Below, piece by piece: positions 1 through 8,541 of a stretch of DNA of 64,000 bases (the first letter of the stretch is position 1; the number at the start of each line of letters is the position of its first letter). The translations under genes were made by a program, and so were the position numbers. Below the pieces are notes generated by a model. That model was given only the letters and a program-made list of their open reading frames with translations. It was not told where the DNA came from and made no database searches. The stretch is taken from positions 25,590 to 89,589 of the forward strand of contig MHEE01000012.1 in assembly GCA_001805105.1 (NCBI GenBank), written 5' to 3'. This DNA comes from Nitrospirae bacterium GWF2_44_13 (lineage in GTDB: Bacteria > Nitrospirota > Thermodesulfovibrionia > Thermodesulfovibrionales > UBA1546).

Positions 1-138
1 TTCCCGCAGCAGATGAAAAAGTGGCTGTCTTTTCCGTATTGCGAGCAATGAATGCATTATGCTATTATGGCGCAAATAGTTTGAATCTACCTGTGAGGTA
101 GATTATATGTTATGTGAGAAAATAAATGAGGATATAAC

Positions 139-552
139 ATGAAAGATACATTTTTATTTGTTGGGCCAATAATTGCCGGATTAGTAGGTTCGTATTTAAC
201 TTATTATTTCACAATGAAATCAAAACAGCAAGAATCAATTCTAAAATTTAAAGAAGAAAAATATTCTAATCTTTTAATACTCCTCCAAGGTTTTATCGGT
301 AATACAGTTTCCACAGAAACAAAAAGAAAATTTTTTGAAGAACAATATAAATCATGGCTTTATTGCTCAGATGAGGTTGTGAAAGCAATAAATAATATGG
401 TTCGTCTTGTGATTGAATCTCACGGTGAAAATCAAAATCATGAGGCAGGACGTAAAGCTGTTGGTGAAATCGTATTGGCTATGCGTAAAGACCTATTAGG
501 AAAAACAAATTTAAATTACGATGCTTTTATATATACAAGTGTTATTAAATAG
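139..552 (+). CDS. hypothetical small membrane-anchored protein
   Basis: 137-aa ORF with an N-terminal hydrophobic helix (FLFVGPIIAGLVGSYLTYYF). AT-rich, no recognised domain. Confidence 0.4.
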   Translation: MKDTFLFVGPIIAGLVGSYLTYYFTMKSKQQESILKFKEEKYSNLLILLQGFIGNTVSTETKRKFFEEQYKSWLYCSDEVVKAINNMVRLVIESHGENQNHEAGRKAVGEIVLAMRKDLLGKTNLNYDAFIYTSVIK

Positions 553-561
553 AAATGCACT

Positions 562-590
562 TCAGAGGACGGGCAGTAGCCCGCCTCTGA
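562..590. terminator. stem-loop between convergent genes (possible bidirectional terminator)
   Basis: TCAGAGGaCGGGC-AGTA-GCCCGcCTCTGA hairpin just after the stop at 552 and downstream of the aroE 3' end. No strong U-tract. Confidence 0.35.
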
Positions 591-644
591 GTTTCGGACG
601 TCACATAACAATCAGACAAGGAATCCAATGGCACAAGCTGTTAA

Positions 645-1484
645 TCAAATATTTGAAACCAGCGCCTTTCGCATCACTTCAACAGGCGGTTTTTTGCCTG
701 TCCATAATTCAAACGCAAATGCCCCCTGCCACAAGAGCATTCCGAGACCGTTAAGAGTTTTGCATCCTCTTTTTGACGCCATGTCCAGCAACTTCGTCTT
801 TTTATAAATCAAATCGCAGACAACATGCCGCGGTTTCAAAAGATTTATATCAACAGGCAACGGGTCGCCTTTTTTCAAGCCGAGCGGCGTGGCGTTTATT
901 ATTATGTCAATGTCATCAAGCTGATGGCTGAAAGCTGATGGCTGAAAGCTGAAAGAGAACACGTTGTTATTTATTTTCTTCAACGACCTTATAAGCCTTC
1001 CTGCCTTCTTTTTGTCTATGTCATACAAGAATAATTTAGATGCGCTCTGGCAAAGGTAATATCCTATTGCCCGCGATGCCCCGCCCGCGCCAACTATAAG
1101 AACATTCTTATTTTTTACTGATATGTGAGATTCGGACAACAACCCCATAAAGCCTCTGCCGTCAGTGTTATAACCAATAAGTTTATCACACTGATTTACT
1201 ATAGTATTTACGGCTCCTATAAAAGCTGCCTCTTTGTCCACTTTGTCAAGAAATGGAATTACCTTTTCCTTGTGCGGCACAGTCACATTTATCCCCGCAA
1301 GATTAAGCGCCCTCACTGCCTTTACCGCATCCCTTAAGAATTCCGGCTTAACAGGGAATGTCAAATAACAACAGTCAAGCCCGAGATGCTTAAAGGCCGC
1401 ATTGTGCATTGCAGGTGACAGGCTGTGCTCAACAGGCCAGCCAAGCAGGCCCAGCACCTTTGTCTTTCCGCTTATTTTCAGCAT
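645..1484 (-). CDS. aroE: shikimate dehydrogenase
   Basis: N-terminal GWPVEHSLSPAMHNAAF motif, GAGGASRA NAD(P)-binding glycine loop, and NATPLG motif. Carries an in-frame heptamer array (FSFQPSAFSHQL). Confidence 0.9.
   Translation of the reverse strand: MLKISGKTKVLGLLGWPVEHSLSPAMHNAAFKHLGLDCCYLTFPVKPEFLRDAVKAVRALNLAGINVTVPHKEKVIPFLDKVDKEAAFIGAVNTIVNQCDKLIGYNTDGRGFMGLLSESHISVKNKNVLIVGAGGASRAIGYYLCQSASKLFLYDIDKKKAGRLIRSLKKINNNVFSFSFQPSAFSHQLDDIDIIINATPLGLKKGDPLPVDINLLKPRHVVCDLIYKKTKLLDMASKRGCKTLNGLGMLLWQGAFAFELWTGKKPPVEVMRKALVSNI
920..954. repeat. heptanucleotide tandem array, GCTGAWR family, 5 units, inside aroE
   Basis: GCTGATG GCTGAAA GCTGATG GCTGAAA GCTGAAA read directly. Related arrays lie at 30635-30667 and 63452-63486. 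Confidence 0.7.
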
Positions 1485-2776
1485 ACAGCCTCCATTCCTT
1501 TCATAATGCCCTCCGGTGTAGACTCTATCACCTTCACTTTTATGCCAAGGGCGTCTTCAACATCTTTTCTTGAGATATCGTCCAGAAAAACGTCTTCTCC
1601 GTCTCTAAAGACAACATCAGGGATAAGCAGACATTCATGGCCGTCAGTCTTATCCGACAATTCCCTTATCACGTCTCTTCCCGTCAAAAGGCCTGTAACT
1701 GTAATTGCCTTGCCGAAAAAAGTGTTTTCCACAGGGATAACGTTTATATTTATGTCTTCTTTCTCAAGCAGCCTGTCCGTAAATTTCCTGAGATACGGAT
1801 AAAATGAGATTCCTGTAAATGTTAAGCTTGTTTTTTTCTTTCCCGCACTTTGCGGCGCCTTTATTTTTTTGGTCTGTGATATAAAAAGCGGCACCATGCC
1901 AACGCCATTCTCTATCTGGGGCAGCTCTCCATATTCGCTTAATGCAGGGAAATTCACCCCTCCTTTTATATACAACTCGTCTGCGCCATAAACAACAGAG
2001 ACCCCGTGCTTCTTCCTGAACCGTTTCTGAAAAGAGTCAATTATATCAAGCGCCTTCAATGCATCCTCTTTTCCCACAGGTTTTATTGCCTGCTTCCTGT
2101 GCATTGTAAGGCCCACCGGAACAACAGCAATTGAGGATACGTAGGGATAGAACCCATAAAGGTCCCTTATCGTTCTCTGAAGCTCCTTGTCATCGTTGTA
2201 TCCGGGACACAGCACAATCTGAACATGCATCCTGATTTTATTTTCTTTTAAGAACTTCAGCTCCTTCAGGACATCTCCGGCCTTCGAATTCCCAAGCAGC
2301 GTATTGCGGATGGCTTTATTGGTTGAATGCACGGATATATAAAGCGGGCCCAGCCGCTGCTGCGCAATCCTCTTCTTGTCCTGAGCGCTCAGATTTGTGA
2401 GGGTAACATAATTGCCGTAGAGAAATGACATCCTGTAGTCTTCGTCTTTTATATAAAGAGATTTCCTCAAGCCTTTAGGGAGCTGCGACACAAAACAAAA
2501 TATGCAGTTATTAGTGCATCTCTTTATCTTGAAAGATTTTAGTGTGACGCCAATATCTCCTGTTTCTTTTGGCAGGACCTTTAAGGACATTTTTTTGCCC
2601 TTTCTCACAGCGCCGATATTTAGCTCAGGCTCATTCCTGTAAAACATAAAATCTATGCCGTCGTTAAGCCTGTGGCCGTTTATTGAAAGGAGCAAATCTC
2701 CCGGCAGAAGCCCCTCTGCCCCTGCGGCGCTTCCCTGCATAATTGTCTCTATTTCAACTCCGTATTTATTTTGCAT
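1478..2776 (-). CDS. PDZ domain / radical-SAM-like DUF512 family protein
   Basis: N-terminal PDZ-like segment (GSAAGAEGLLPGDLLLSINGHRL), a Cys cluster (CTNNCIFC), and a length and layout typical of DUF512 proteins. Confidence 0.7.
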   Translation of the reverse strand: MQNKYGVEIETIMQGSAAGAEGLLPGDLLLSINGHRLNDGIDFMFYRNEPELNIGAVRKGKKMSLKVLPKETGDIGVTLKSFKIKRCTNNCIFCFVSQLPKGLRKSLYIKDEDYRMSFLYGNYVTLTNLSAQDKKRIAQQRLGPLYISVHSTNKAIRNTLLGNSKAGDVLKELKFLKENKIRMHVQIVLCPGYNDDKELQRTIRDLYGFYPYVSSIAVVPVGLTMHRKQAIKPVGKEDALKALDIIDSFQKRFRKKHGVSVVYGADELYIKGGVNFPALSEYGELPQIENGVGMVPLFISQTKKIKAPQSAGKKKTSLTFTGISFYPYLRKFTDRLLEKEDININVIPVENTFFGKAITVTGLLTGRDVIRELSDKTDGHECLLIPDVVFRDGEDVFLDDISRKDVEDALGIKVKVIESTPEGIMKGMEAVC

Positions 2777-3305
2777 TTGTCAATTTAAACCCTCTGTATA
2801 TATAGTGCAGGCCCGAAACAATTGTCAGCGCCGCTGTCAGCCATATAAGCACATTCTGGATGTCAGGCAGGAAGCCTACGTTTATGTCGAAAAGCACATA
2901 GCATAAAAGAATCAACTGCATAGCTATGGCAGCCTTGCCCGTGGCTGTCGGTTTTACGTTTGATGTATGTGTTATCAGATAAACAAGCACCCATCCTATT
3001 ACCACGATAACATCCCTGCTTATCACGGTTATTGCAAGCCACTTAGGCACCAAATCGTTTAGCGAAAAAAGGATAAATGACGTAACAAGAAGAAATTTGT
3101 CCGCAAGGGGATCAAGAAATGTTCCGAGCTCCGTCTTTTGATTGGTAAGCCTTGCAATAAATCCGTCAAGGGCATCTGTCAGTGCAGCAACAATAAACAT
3201 ATAAAGCGCATAATCATATCTTTTATATATGACCGCTATTGTAAAAAGAGGGATTATTACTATTCTTGCTATTGTAAGCGAATTAGGAAAATTCAGAACT
3301 CTCAC
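2766..3305 (-). CDS. pgsA: CDP-diacylglycerol--glycerol-3-phosphate 3-phosphatidyltransferase (CDP-alcohol phosphatidyltransferase)
   Basis: CDP-alcohol transferase motif DALDGFIAR...G...DPLADK. Multi-pass membrane protein of 179 aa. Confidence 0.85.
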   Translation of the reverse strand: MRVLNFPNSLTIARIVIIPLFTIAVIYKRYDYALYMFIVAALTDALDGFIARLTNQKTELGTFLDPLADKFLLVTSFILFSLNDLVPKWLAITVISRDVIVVIGWVLVYLITHTSNVKPTATGKAAIAMQLILLCYVLFDINVGFLPDIQNVLIWLTAALTIVSGLHYIYRGFKLTNAK

Positions 3306-3316
3306 TTCAACCCCAC

Positions 3317-3389
3317 TTCAGTGTCAGTATTCAGTGTCAATTATCAGTGTCAGTCTTTTAACTGTTTACCTTCACTGTTGACTGACACT
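3317..3389. repeat. inverted heptamer-array element, CAGTGTC/GACACTG family (intergenic)
   Basis: Left arm TTCAGTGTCAGTATTCAGTGTCAATTATCAGTGTCAG, spacer CTTTTAA, right arm with CACTGTTGACTGACACT. Same family as 25441-25497. Confidence 0.6.
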
Positions 3390-3392
3390 TGC

Positions 3393-4478
3393 TTATGGAA
3401 TATTAAACGGAATCCCCGCAAACTTGAGTTTCAATCCAAGTTTATTATAACACCTATTTCCATTCTTTCCATTTTTTTTATTTACAAACGACAACAATGC
3501 ATCAGCATGGCAGTTCTCGACAGAAAATCCATGGAAAAGAGAATCCCTGAACGCAGCATTCAGATTCGCCAGCGCAGAAGAAATCCTGCCTCTTAAAAAT
3601 TCTACCTCGCCCATGCCGAGTTTGCAGTATATAATCCCCCTTGGATCTTTTGTCTTTTTGAAAAAACCTTGCGCCTGTTTAAAATATTCCGCTGCCTTAT
3701 CAAGCCTGCCAAGCATGGTGTAAGTCTTGCCGAGGCTCCAGAGAGTGTATGAGAAACTTACAATATCGCCTATCTTCCTGTAAAGAGCCGTTGCCTTTCT
3801 GAAATGAAGCAGAGCGCCCGAGTAATCACCCTTCATTCTCAGGGCATTCCCGATGCCACAGTGGGAATACGCAATCCCGAATGTATCATTTAATCCGGAA
3901 AATAATTTATTGGCGGCAGTGTAGTATTTAAAGGAATCGCCGAACAGCCCTGCCACCCTGCTCACACCCCCAAGCCCGCACAGATTATAGCCTGTTCCAT
4001 GCTTGTCTCCAAGCTTTCTGAAGAGCTTGAGTGCTTTCTTAAATGACTTAAGTGAAGCTGCTGCATCCCCTTTGATGCGAAAAGCTCCGGCCTTAGCCCA
4101 GAGCACAAATGCAATTCCTTCAGCGTCTTTTCTTTCTCTATAAAACTTCTCAGGACGAGAAAACATCTTGAGCGCCTCTTTCCACCTGCCGAGCCCCCTT
4201 ACTGAAAGGCCGAGACCAACCGCAGCATCAGCCGCAGCTGTCGTGTCCTTCAGTTTCCTGCTAATCTTTATTGCCTCGGAATAATTCTTTTCCGCAAGTT
4301 CAAATTTTCCTGTCATGCGATAGACATCACCGATAGACATAAAACAGCGAAGCCTGCCATCAGTAACATCATCTTTTTCGTATGCCCTCTTTGCCCTCTT
4401 GAAAAGCAGAAGCGCATCTTTGTATCGAGCCCTGTTTTTAAACTCGCTTGCTTTATGAAAAAATCTGTCTGCTGTCAT
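3393..4478 (-). CDS. tetratricopeptide (TPR) repeat protein
   Basis: Recurrent 34-40 aa units of the form G...A...Y..A......D..G.A (for example GDVYRMTGKFELAEKNYSEA) along the whole 361 aa. Confidence 0.8.
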   Translation of the reverse strand: MTADRFFHKASEFKNRARYKDALLLFKRAKRAYEKDDVTDGRLRCFMSIGDVYRMTGKFELAEKNYSEAIKISRKLKDTTAAADAAVGLGLSVRGLGRWKEALKMFSRPEKFYRERKDAEGIAFVLWAKAGAFRIKGDAAASLKSFKKALKLFRKLGDKHGTGYNLCGLGGVSRVAGLFGDSFKYYTAANKLFSGLNDTFGIAYSHCGIGNALRMKGDYSGALLHFRKATALYRKIGDIVSFSYTLWSLGKTYTMLGRLDKAAEYFKQAQGFFKKTKDPRGIIYCKLGMGEVEFLRGRISSALANLNAAFRDSLFHGFSVENCHADALLSFVNKKNGKNGNRCYNKLGLKLKFAGIPFNIP

Positions 4479-5134
4479 GGACGAGCCAGTATTTCACGCA
4501 GTTTCTTTGTAAGTGACGCGTAGTCTTTGGAACTGAAAAATGCCGAACCCATGACAAGCATATCAGCGCCTGCCTCGGCAACCATTCTGGCATTATCGGG
4601 TTTTACGCCGCCGTCAACCTCAATAAGAGTTTGAAGCCCTCTGTCTGAAATCATTTTCTTTAACGCCTTAATCTTGTCTATGACCTGCGGAATAAAACTC
4701 TGCCCCCCAAACCCCGGATTAACAGACATCAGGAGCACAAAATCCACATCCTGAATAATATCGTCAATGCTGCCGAGCGGAGTTGCAGGATTAAGCGATA
4801 CTCCTGCCTTTACCTTGCTTTCTTTTATCTTATTTACTGTGCGGTGCAGATGCCTTGCAGCTTCAAAATGCACCGTAAGATAATCCGCCCCTGCTTTTAT
4901 AAAATCGTTCAGGTATTTGTCAGGCTCTTCTATCATCAGATGCACATCAAGAGGAACAGATGTTATCTTTTTAATTGCTTCTACGATAGAAGGCCCTATC
5001 GTTATATTCGGCACAAAATGGCCGTCCATTATGTCTATGTGAAACATGTCAATCCCTGCAGCCTCCGCAGCCTTTATTTCCTCGCCAAGCCTTAAGAAAT
5101 CCGCAGAAAGTATTGACGGCGCAATTTTAATCAT
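4475..5134 (-). CDS. rpe: ribulose-phosphate 3-epimerase
   Basis: MIKIAPSILSADF...HIDIMDGHFVPN...VNPGFGGQ motifs. 4-nt overlap with the downstream TPR gene. Confidence 0.92.
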   Translation of the reverse strand: MIKIAPSILSADFLRLGEEIKAAEAAGIDMFHIDIMDGHFVPNITIGPSIVEAIKKITSVPLDVHLMIEEPDKYLNDFIKAGADYLTVHFEAARHLHRTVNKIKESKVKAGVSLNPATPLGSIDDIIQDVDFVLLMSVNPGFGGQSFIPQVIDKIKALKKMISDRGLQTLIEVDGGVKPDNARMVAEAGADMLVMGSAFFSSKDYASLTKKLREILARP

Positions 5135-5211
5135 AATGACCTCCGAAAATTAAAATAAAAACTTGTCTCAACTAACTTTAAATTTTCCACTCTTAACTTT
5201 AAACCCTTATT

Positions 5212-5907
5212 CTATTCTCCCTCAAGTATCAGATAAACCGCATCCCCTGTCTTAACCTGAGTGCCCGGTTTAGGTTTCTGCGATTTTACTGTTTCTCCTG
5301 AGCCTGTGATGCTGACTTTTAATCCCAGCTTTTCCGCAAGCTGTTCAGCCTCCTGCTTTATCATTCCCTGAAAATCAGGGCAATAATAAATTGCCTCATA
5401 AGGCCCGGAACTGACAACAAGCGTAACCTTTTCAGTAATCTTCTCGCCGGGAGCCGGTTTCTGTGCGATAACCCTGTCTTTCTCCGCAGACGTTGAATGC
5501 ACACGGATAACCTTAGCTACTTTCAAACCATTCTTTAAAAGTACGGATTCCGCCTTATCCAGAGATTCTCCTACTACCGAGGGAACAGACTGGACTCTCG
5601 GCCCTTTGCTTACAAACACTCTTATACTGCGCTGTTCCTTAACCCTGCTTCCGAAAGGCAAGTCCTGTCTTATTATGTGCCCTGCCGGAACATCCGCATC
5701 ATAATCTTCGCCCTCTATCTTCAGATTAAGCCCTTTTTTGCTCAGAAGCTCATTAACCTCAACAAGGCTTTTACCTGAAAGGTCAGGGACGTCCACCGTC
5801 CTGCTGAAACTCAATAATTTGAATGTGATATATGCAAAAAACAGGACTACAAGAACAAAAGCTAAGGAATAAAGAGAAAATTTTGCTATGTTGCTTACAG
5901 CCTTCAA
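5212..5907 (-). CDS. PASTA domain-containing membrane-anchored protein
   Basis: N-terminal TM helix followed by three roughly 65-aa PASTA-like repeats (VPDLSGKSL.EV...L...GL). Confidence 0.75.
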   Translation of the reverse strand: MKAVSNIAKFSLYSLAFVLVVLFFAYITFKLLSFSRTVDVPDLSGKSLVEVNELLSKKGLNLKIEGEDYDADVPAGHIIRQDLPFGSRVKEQRSIRVFVSKGPRVQSVPSVVGESLDKAESVLLKNGLKVAKVIRVHSTSAEKDRVIAQKPAPGEKITEKVTLVVSSGPYEAIYYCPDFQGMIKQEAEQLAEKLGLKVSITGSGETVKSQKPKPGTQVKTGDAVYLILEGE

Positions 5908-5926
5908 ATTTTAACTCTTCGCCATG

Positions 5927-5991
5927 GATGCACGATGCATGATTCATGATACCCCTTATTGTCCTGCATCCTGTATCTTGCATCCTGCATC
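5927..5991. repeat. paired heptamer-array element, GATGCAT / ATCCTGY family (intergenic copy)
   Basis: GATGCAC GATGCAT GATTCAT GAT, 10-nt spacer, then GTCCTGC ATCCTGT ATCTTGC ATCCTGC ATC, between the PASTA gene start and the gyrA stop. Confidence 0.75.
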
Positions 5992-5993
5992 AG

Positions 5994-8402
5994 TTAGTCC
6001 TTCTCAACCACTTTGCTTATGCTGACGATTTTATCTTCCGCGTCAACATCCATAAGCTTGACCCCCTGCGTATTTCTCCCGAGCAGGGATATATTGTTTG
6101 CGGTAGTCCTTATAATCTTTCCTGAATTTGTAATCATTACTATCTCATCCTCATCGCGTACTTGCATAAGGCCAACCGCCTTCCCGCCTTTCTCTATAAC
6201 CTTTATAGATATTACTCCCTTCCCGCCTCTGCCCTGAACACGGTAATCTTCTATCTTGGTCCGCTTGCCAAGCCCTTTTTCCGTGACTGTCAGCAACGCT
6301 GTTCTTTCCTCGGCGACTTCCGCTGAGACAACCTCGTCTCCTTTTGCAAGACGCATTCCTATAACTCCCTTTGCAGTCCGCCCCATCTCGCGGACATCCT
6401 CTTCATTAAAGCGGATTGAAAGGCCGCTCTTTGTGCCGATAATGAGATCACTCTTGCCATCTGTCTTTTTTACCGCGATAAGTTCGTCTCCCTCTTCAAT
6501 CGTAACTGCTATTATGCCCTTGCCTCTTGGATTGCTGTATTCTTCAAGCGCGGTCTTTTTAACCGTTCCGTTCTTTGTGAACATAACAAGAAATCCCTCT
6601 TTAAAATCCCTCACCGGAAGCGCCGTTGTAATTCTCTCGCCTTCTGATAATTGGAGGAGATTGATAAGCGCCTTGCCTTTTGCAGCGCGCCCTGCTTCGG
6701 GAAGCTGGTAAGTCTTGAGCCAGTAGAGCCTTCCGAGATTGGAAAAGAAGAGCATGTAGTCATGAGTTGAACCTATAAAAAGCTGCTCAACAAAATCTTC
6801 CTCTTTTGTTTCCATTCCGATAAGCCCCTTTCCGCCCCTGCGCTGGCTTCTGTATGCGGACAACGGATTTCTCTTGATATAACCCTGATGAGAGATGGTG
6901 ATAACCATATCTTCTTCTGTTATAAGGTCTTCAATCGTAATCTCTTTTAATTCCGCGGCAATCTCAGTCCTTCTTTCATCAGCATACCGATTTTTTATCT
7001 CATCCAACTCATCTTTGACTATCTTTGCTACAAGGGCGTCGCTTCTCAGTATTGCCTTCAGTCTCTCAATCTCTTTTAATGTCTCTGTGTATTCCTTTAT
7101 TATCTTTTCACGCTCAAGGCCTGTGAGCCTCTGTAATTTCATGTCAAGTATTGCCTGCGCCTGAATCTCAGACAAAGGATAATTATTCATGAGTCCGTGT
7201 TTTGCCTCATCAGGCGTCTTTGACTTTCTTATCAACGCGATAATTGCATCAAGATGATCAAGGGCAACCTTGAGCCCTTCCAGTATATGCGCCCTTTCTT
7301 CCGCCTTTCTAAGTTCAAATCTTGTCCTTCTTATGACAACATCCCGCCTGTGCTGGAGAAAATGGCCGAGTATCTTCTTTAAAGGCATCACCTGAGGCTG
7401 GCCGCTTACAATGGCAAGCATTATAATGCCGAAAGTGGATTCCATCTGCGTATGTTTGTAAAGGTTATTCAGGACTACCTCTGCCATCTCGCCCCTTTTA
7501 AGATCAAGGACCACCCTTATGCCTTCCCTGTCAGATTCATCCCGTATCTCGGATATGCCCTCTATTTTTTTCTCTCTTACAAGCTCGGCAATCTTTTCTA
7601 TCAGCCTTGCCTTATTCACCTGATACGGAACTTCCGTGATTATGATATTTTCTCCGCCTCTGTATTCCTGCTCAATCTTCGCCTTGGCCCTGACCTTAAT
7701 AATGCCCCTGCCTGTGGTGTATGCATCAACAATTCCCTGCATTCCATGAATCAAACCGCCTGTAGGGAAATCAGGCCCCTTTACAGCCTTCATCAGGTCC
7801 TTGACAGTTGCTTCCGAATTATCAAGGAGCATGATAAGCCCGTCTATTATCTCGCCGAGATTATGCGGCGGTATATTGGTTGCCATGCCGACGGCAATGC
7901 CTGAGGAGCCGTTTATTATAAGATTCGGCACTCTTGATGGAAGCACCAACGGCTCTTCCGTGGTCTCATCGAAATTGGATTGAAAGTCAACCGTCTCCTT
8001 ATCTATGTCCGCAAGGATTTCTTCCGAGAGTTTTGCGAGCCTTGCCTCTGTGTAACGGTATGCGGCAGCAGGGTCTCCGTCAATCGAACCAAAGTTGCCC
8101 TGTCCGTCTATAAGCGGGTATCTCATGTTGAAATCCTGCGCAAGCCTCACAAGGGCGTCATAAACAGCAGTGTCGCCATGGGGATGATACTTCTTTAAAA
8201 CCTCTCCGACAACACCGGCGCACTTTGAATACTTCTTGCTCGGAAGGAGGCCCTCCCTGAACATCGCATAAAGTATTCTTCTCTGCACAGGCTTAAGCCC
8301 GTCTCTCACCTCAGGAAGCGCCCTGCCGATTATTACGCTCATGGCGTAATTAAGATAGGACACCTTCATTTCTTCTTCAATACTTACAGGAACCTTTGCC
8401 AT
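5994..8402 (-). CDS. gyrA: DNA gyrase subunit A
   Basis: Full-length 802 aa. Has the AAMRYTE-type active-site region ([11 protein letters not shown]) and QRDR-like [17 protein letters not shown]. Confidence 0.97.
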   Translation of the reverse strand: MAKVPVSIEEEMKVSYLNYAMSVIIGRALPEVRDGLKPVQRRILYAMFREGLLPSKKYSKCAGVVGEVLKKYHPHGDTAVYDALVRLAQDFNMRYPLIDGQGNFGSIDGDPAAAYRYTEARLAKLSEEILADIDKETVDFQSNFDETTEEPLVLPSRVPNLIINGSSGIAVGMATNIPPHNLGEIIDGLIMLLDNSEATVKDLMKAVKGPDFPTGGLIHGMQGIVDAYTTGRGIIKVRAKAKIEQEYRGGENIIITEVPYQVNKARLIEKIAELVREKKIEGISEIRDESDREGIRVVLDLKRGEMAEVVLNNLYKHTQMESTFGIIMLAIVSGQPQVMPLKKILGHFLQHRRDVVIRRTRFELRKAEERAHILEGLKVALDHLDAIIALIRKSKTPDEAKHGLMNNYPLSEIQAQAILDMKLQRLTGLEREKIIKEYTETLKEIERLKAILRSDALVAKIVKDELDEIKNRYADERRTEIAAELKEITIEDLITEEDMVITISHQGYIKRNPLSAYRSQRRGGKGLIGMETKEEDFVEQLFIGSTHDYMLFFSNLGRLYWLKTYQLPEAGRAAKGKALINLLQLSEGERITTALPVRDFKEGFLVMFTKNGTVKKTALEEYSNPRGKGIIAVTIEEGDELIAVKKTDGKSDLIIGTKSGLSIRFNEEDVREMGRTAKGVIGMRLAKGDEVVSAEVAEERTALLTVTEKGLGKRTKIEDYRVQGRGGKGVISIKVIEKGGKAVGLMQVRDEDEIVMITNSGKIIRTTANNISLLGRNTQGVKLMDVDAEDKIVSISKVVEKD

Positions 8403-8541
8403 TTTCCCCTCTTCTTACAAGAAATTAATGCTTTTAGCGCTTAAGAAAAACGTTATATTTTACCATAAATAATATGCTAAATAGGCATATATTTGATGCG
8501 CTAAAAACTTTGTCTAATGAGGCTGTGACTGGATCGAGGCT

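Noticed and set aside
1-138. Possible 3' end of a plus-strand gene at the left window edge
   Set aside because: Only about 16 codons are open before a TGA at 49-51, which is too short to assign.
5783-5983. 66-aa ORF starting MQDTGCRTIRGIMNHASCIHG
   Set aside because: Its 5' part is just the translation of the intergenic heptamer element, and its 3' part overlaps the PASTA gene N-terminus out of frame. It is an artefact of the repeat being open in this orientation.
6256-6711. 151-aa plus-strand ORF, and several similar ones, antisense to gyrA
   Set aside because: These are shadow ORFs inside a full-length, motif-rich gyrA, and their composition is S/P/F-biased. The same reasoning applies to the antisense ORFs inside carB, pyrC/pyrB (13918-14442), fumarase (23139-23671), ftsH and pckG.
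8430-8515. 9-bp inverted repeat TTTTAGCGC / GCGCTAAAA about 60 nt apart in the gyrA upstream region
   Set aside because: The arms are short and AT-rich and the loop is long. It could be chance in AT-rich promoter DNA, and no known operator consensus is recognised.
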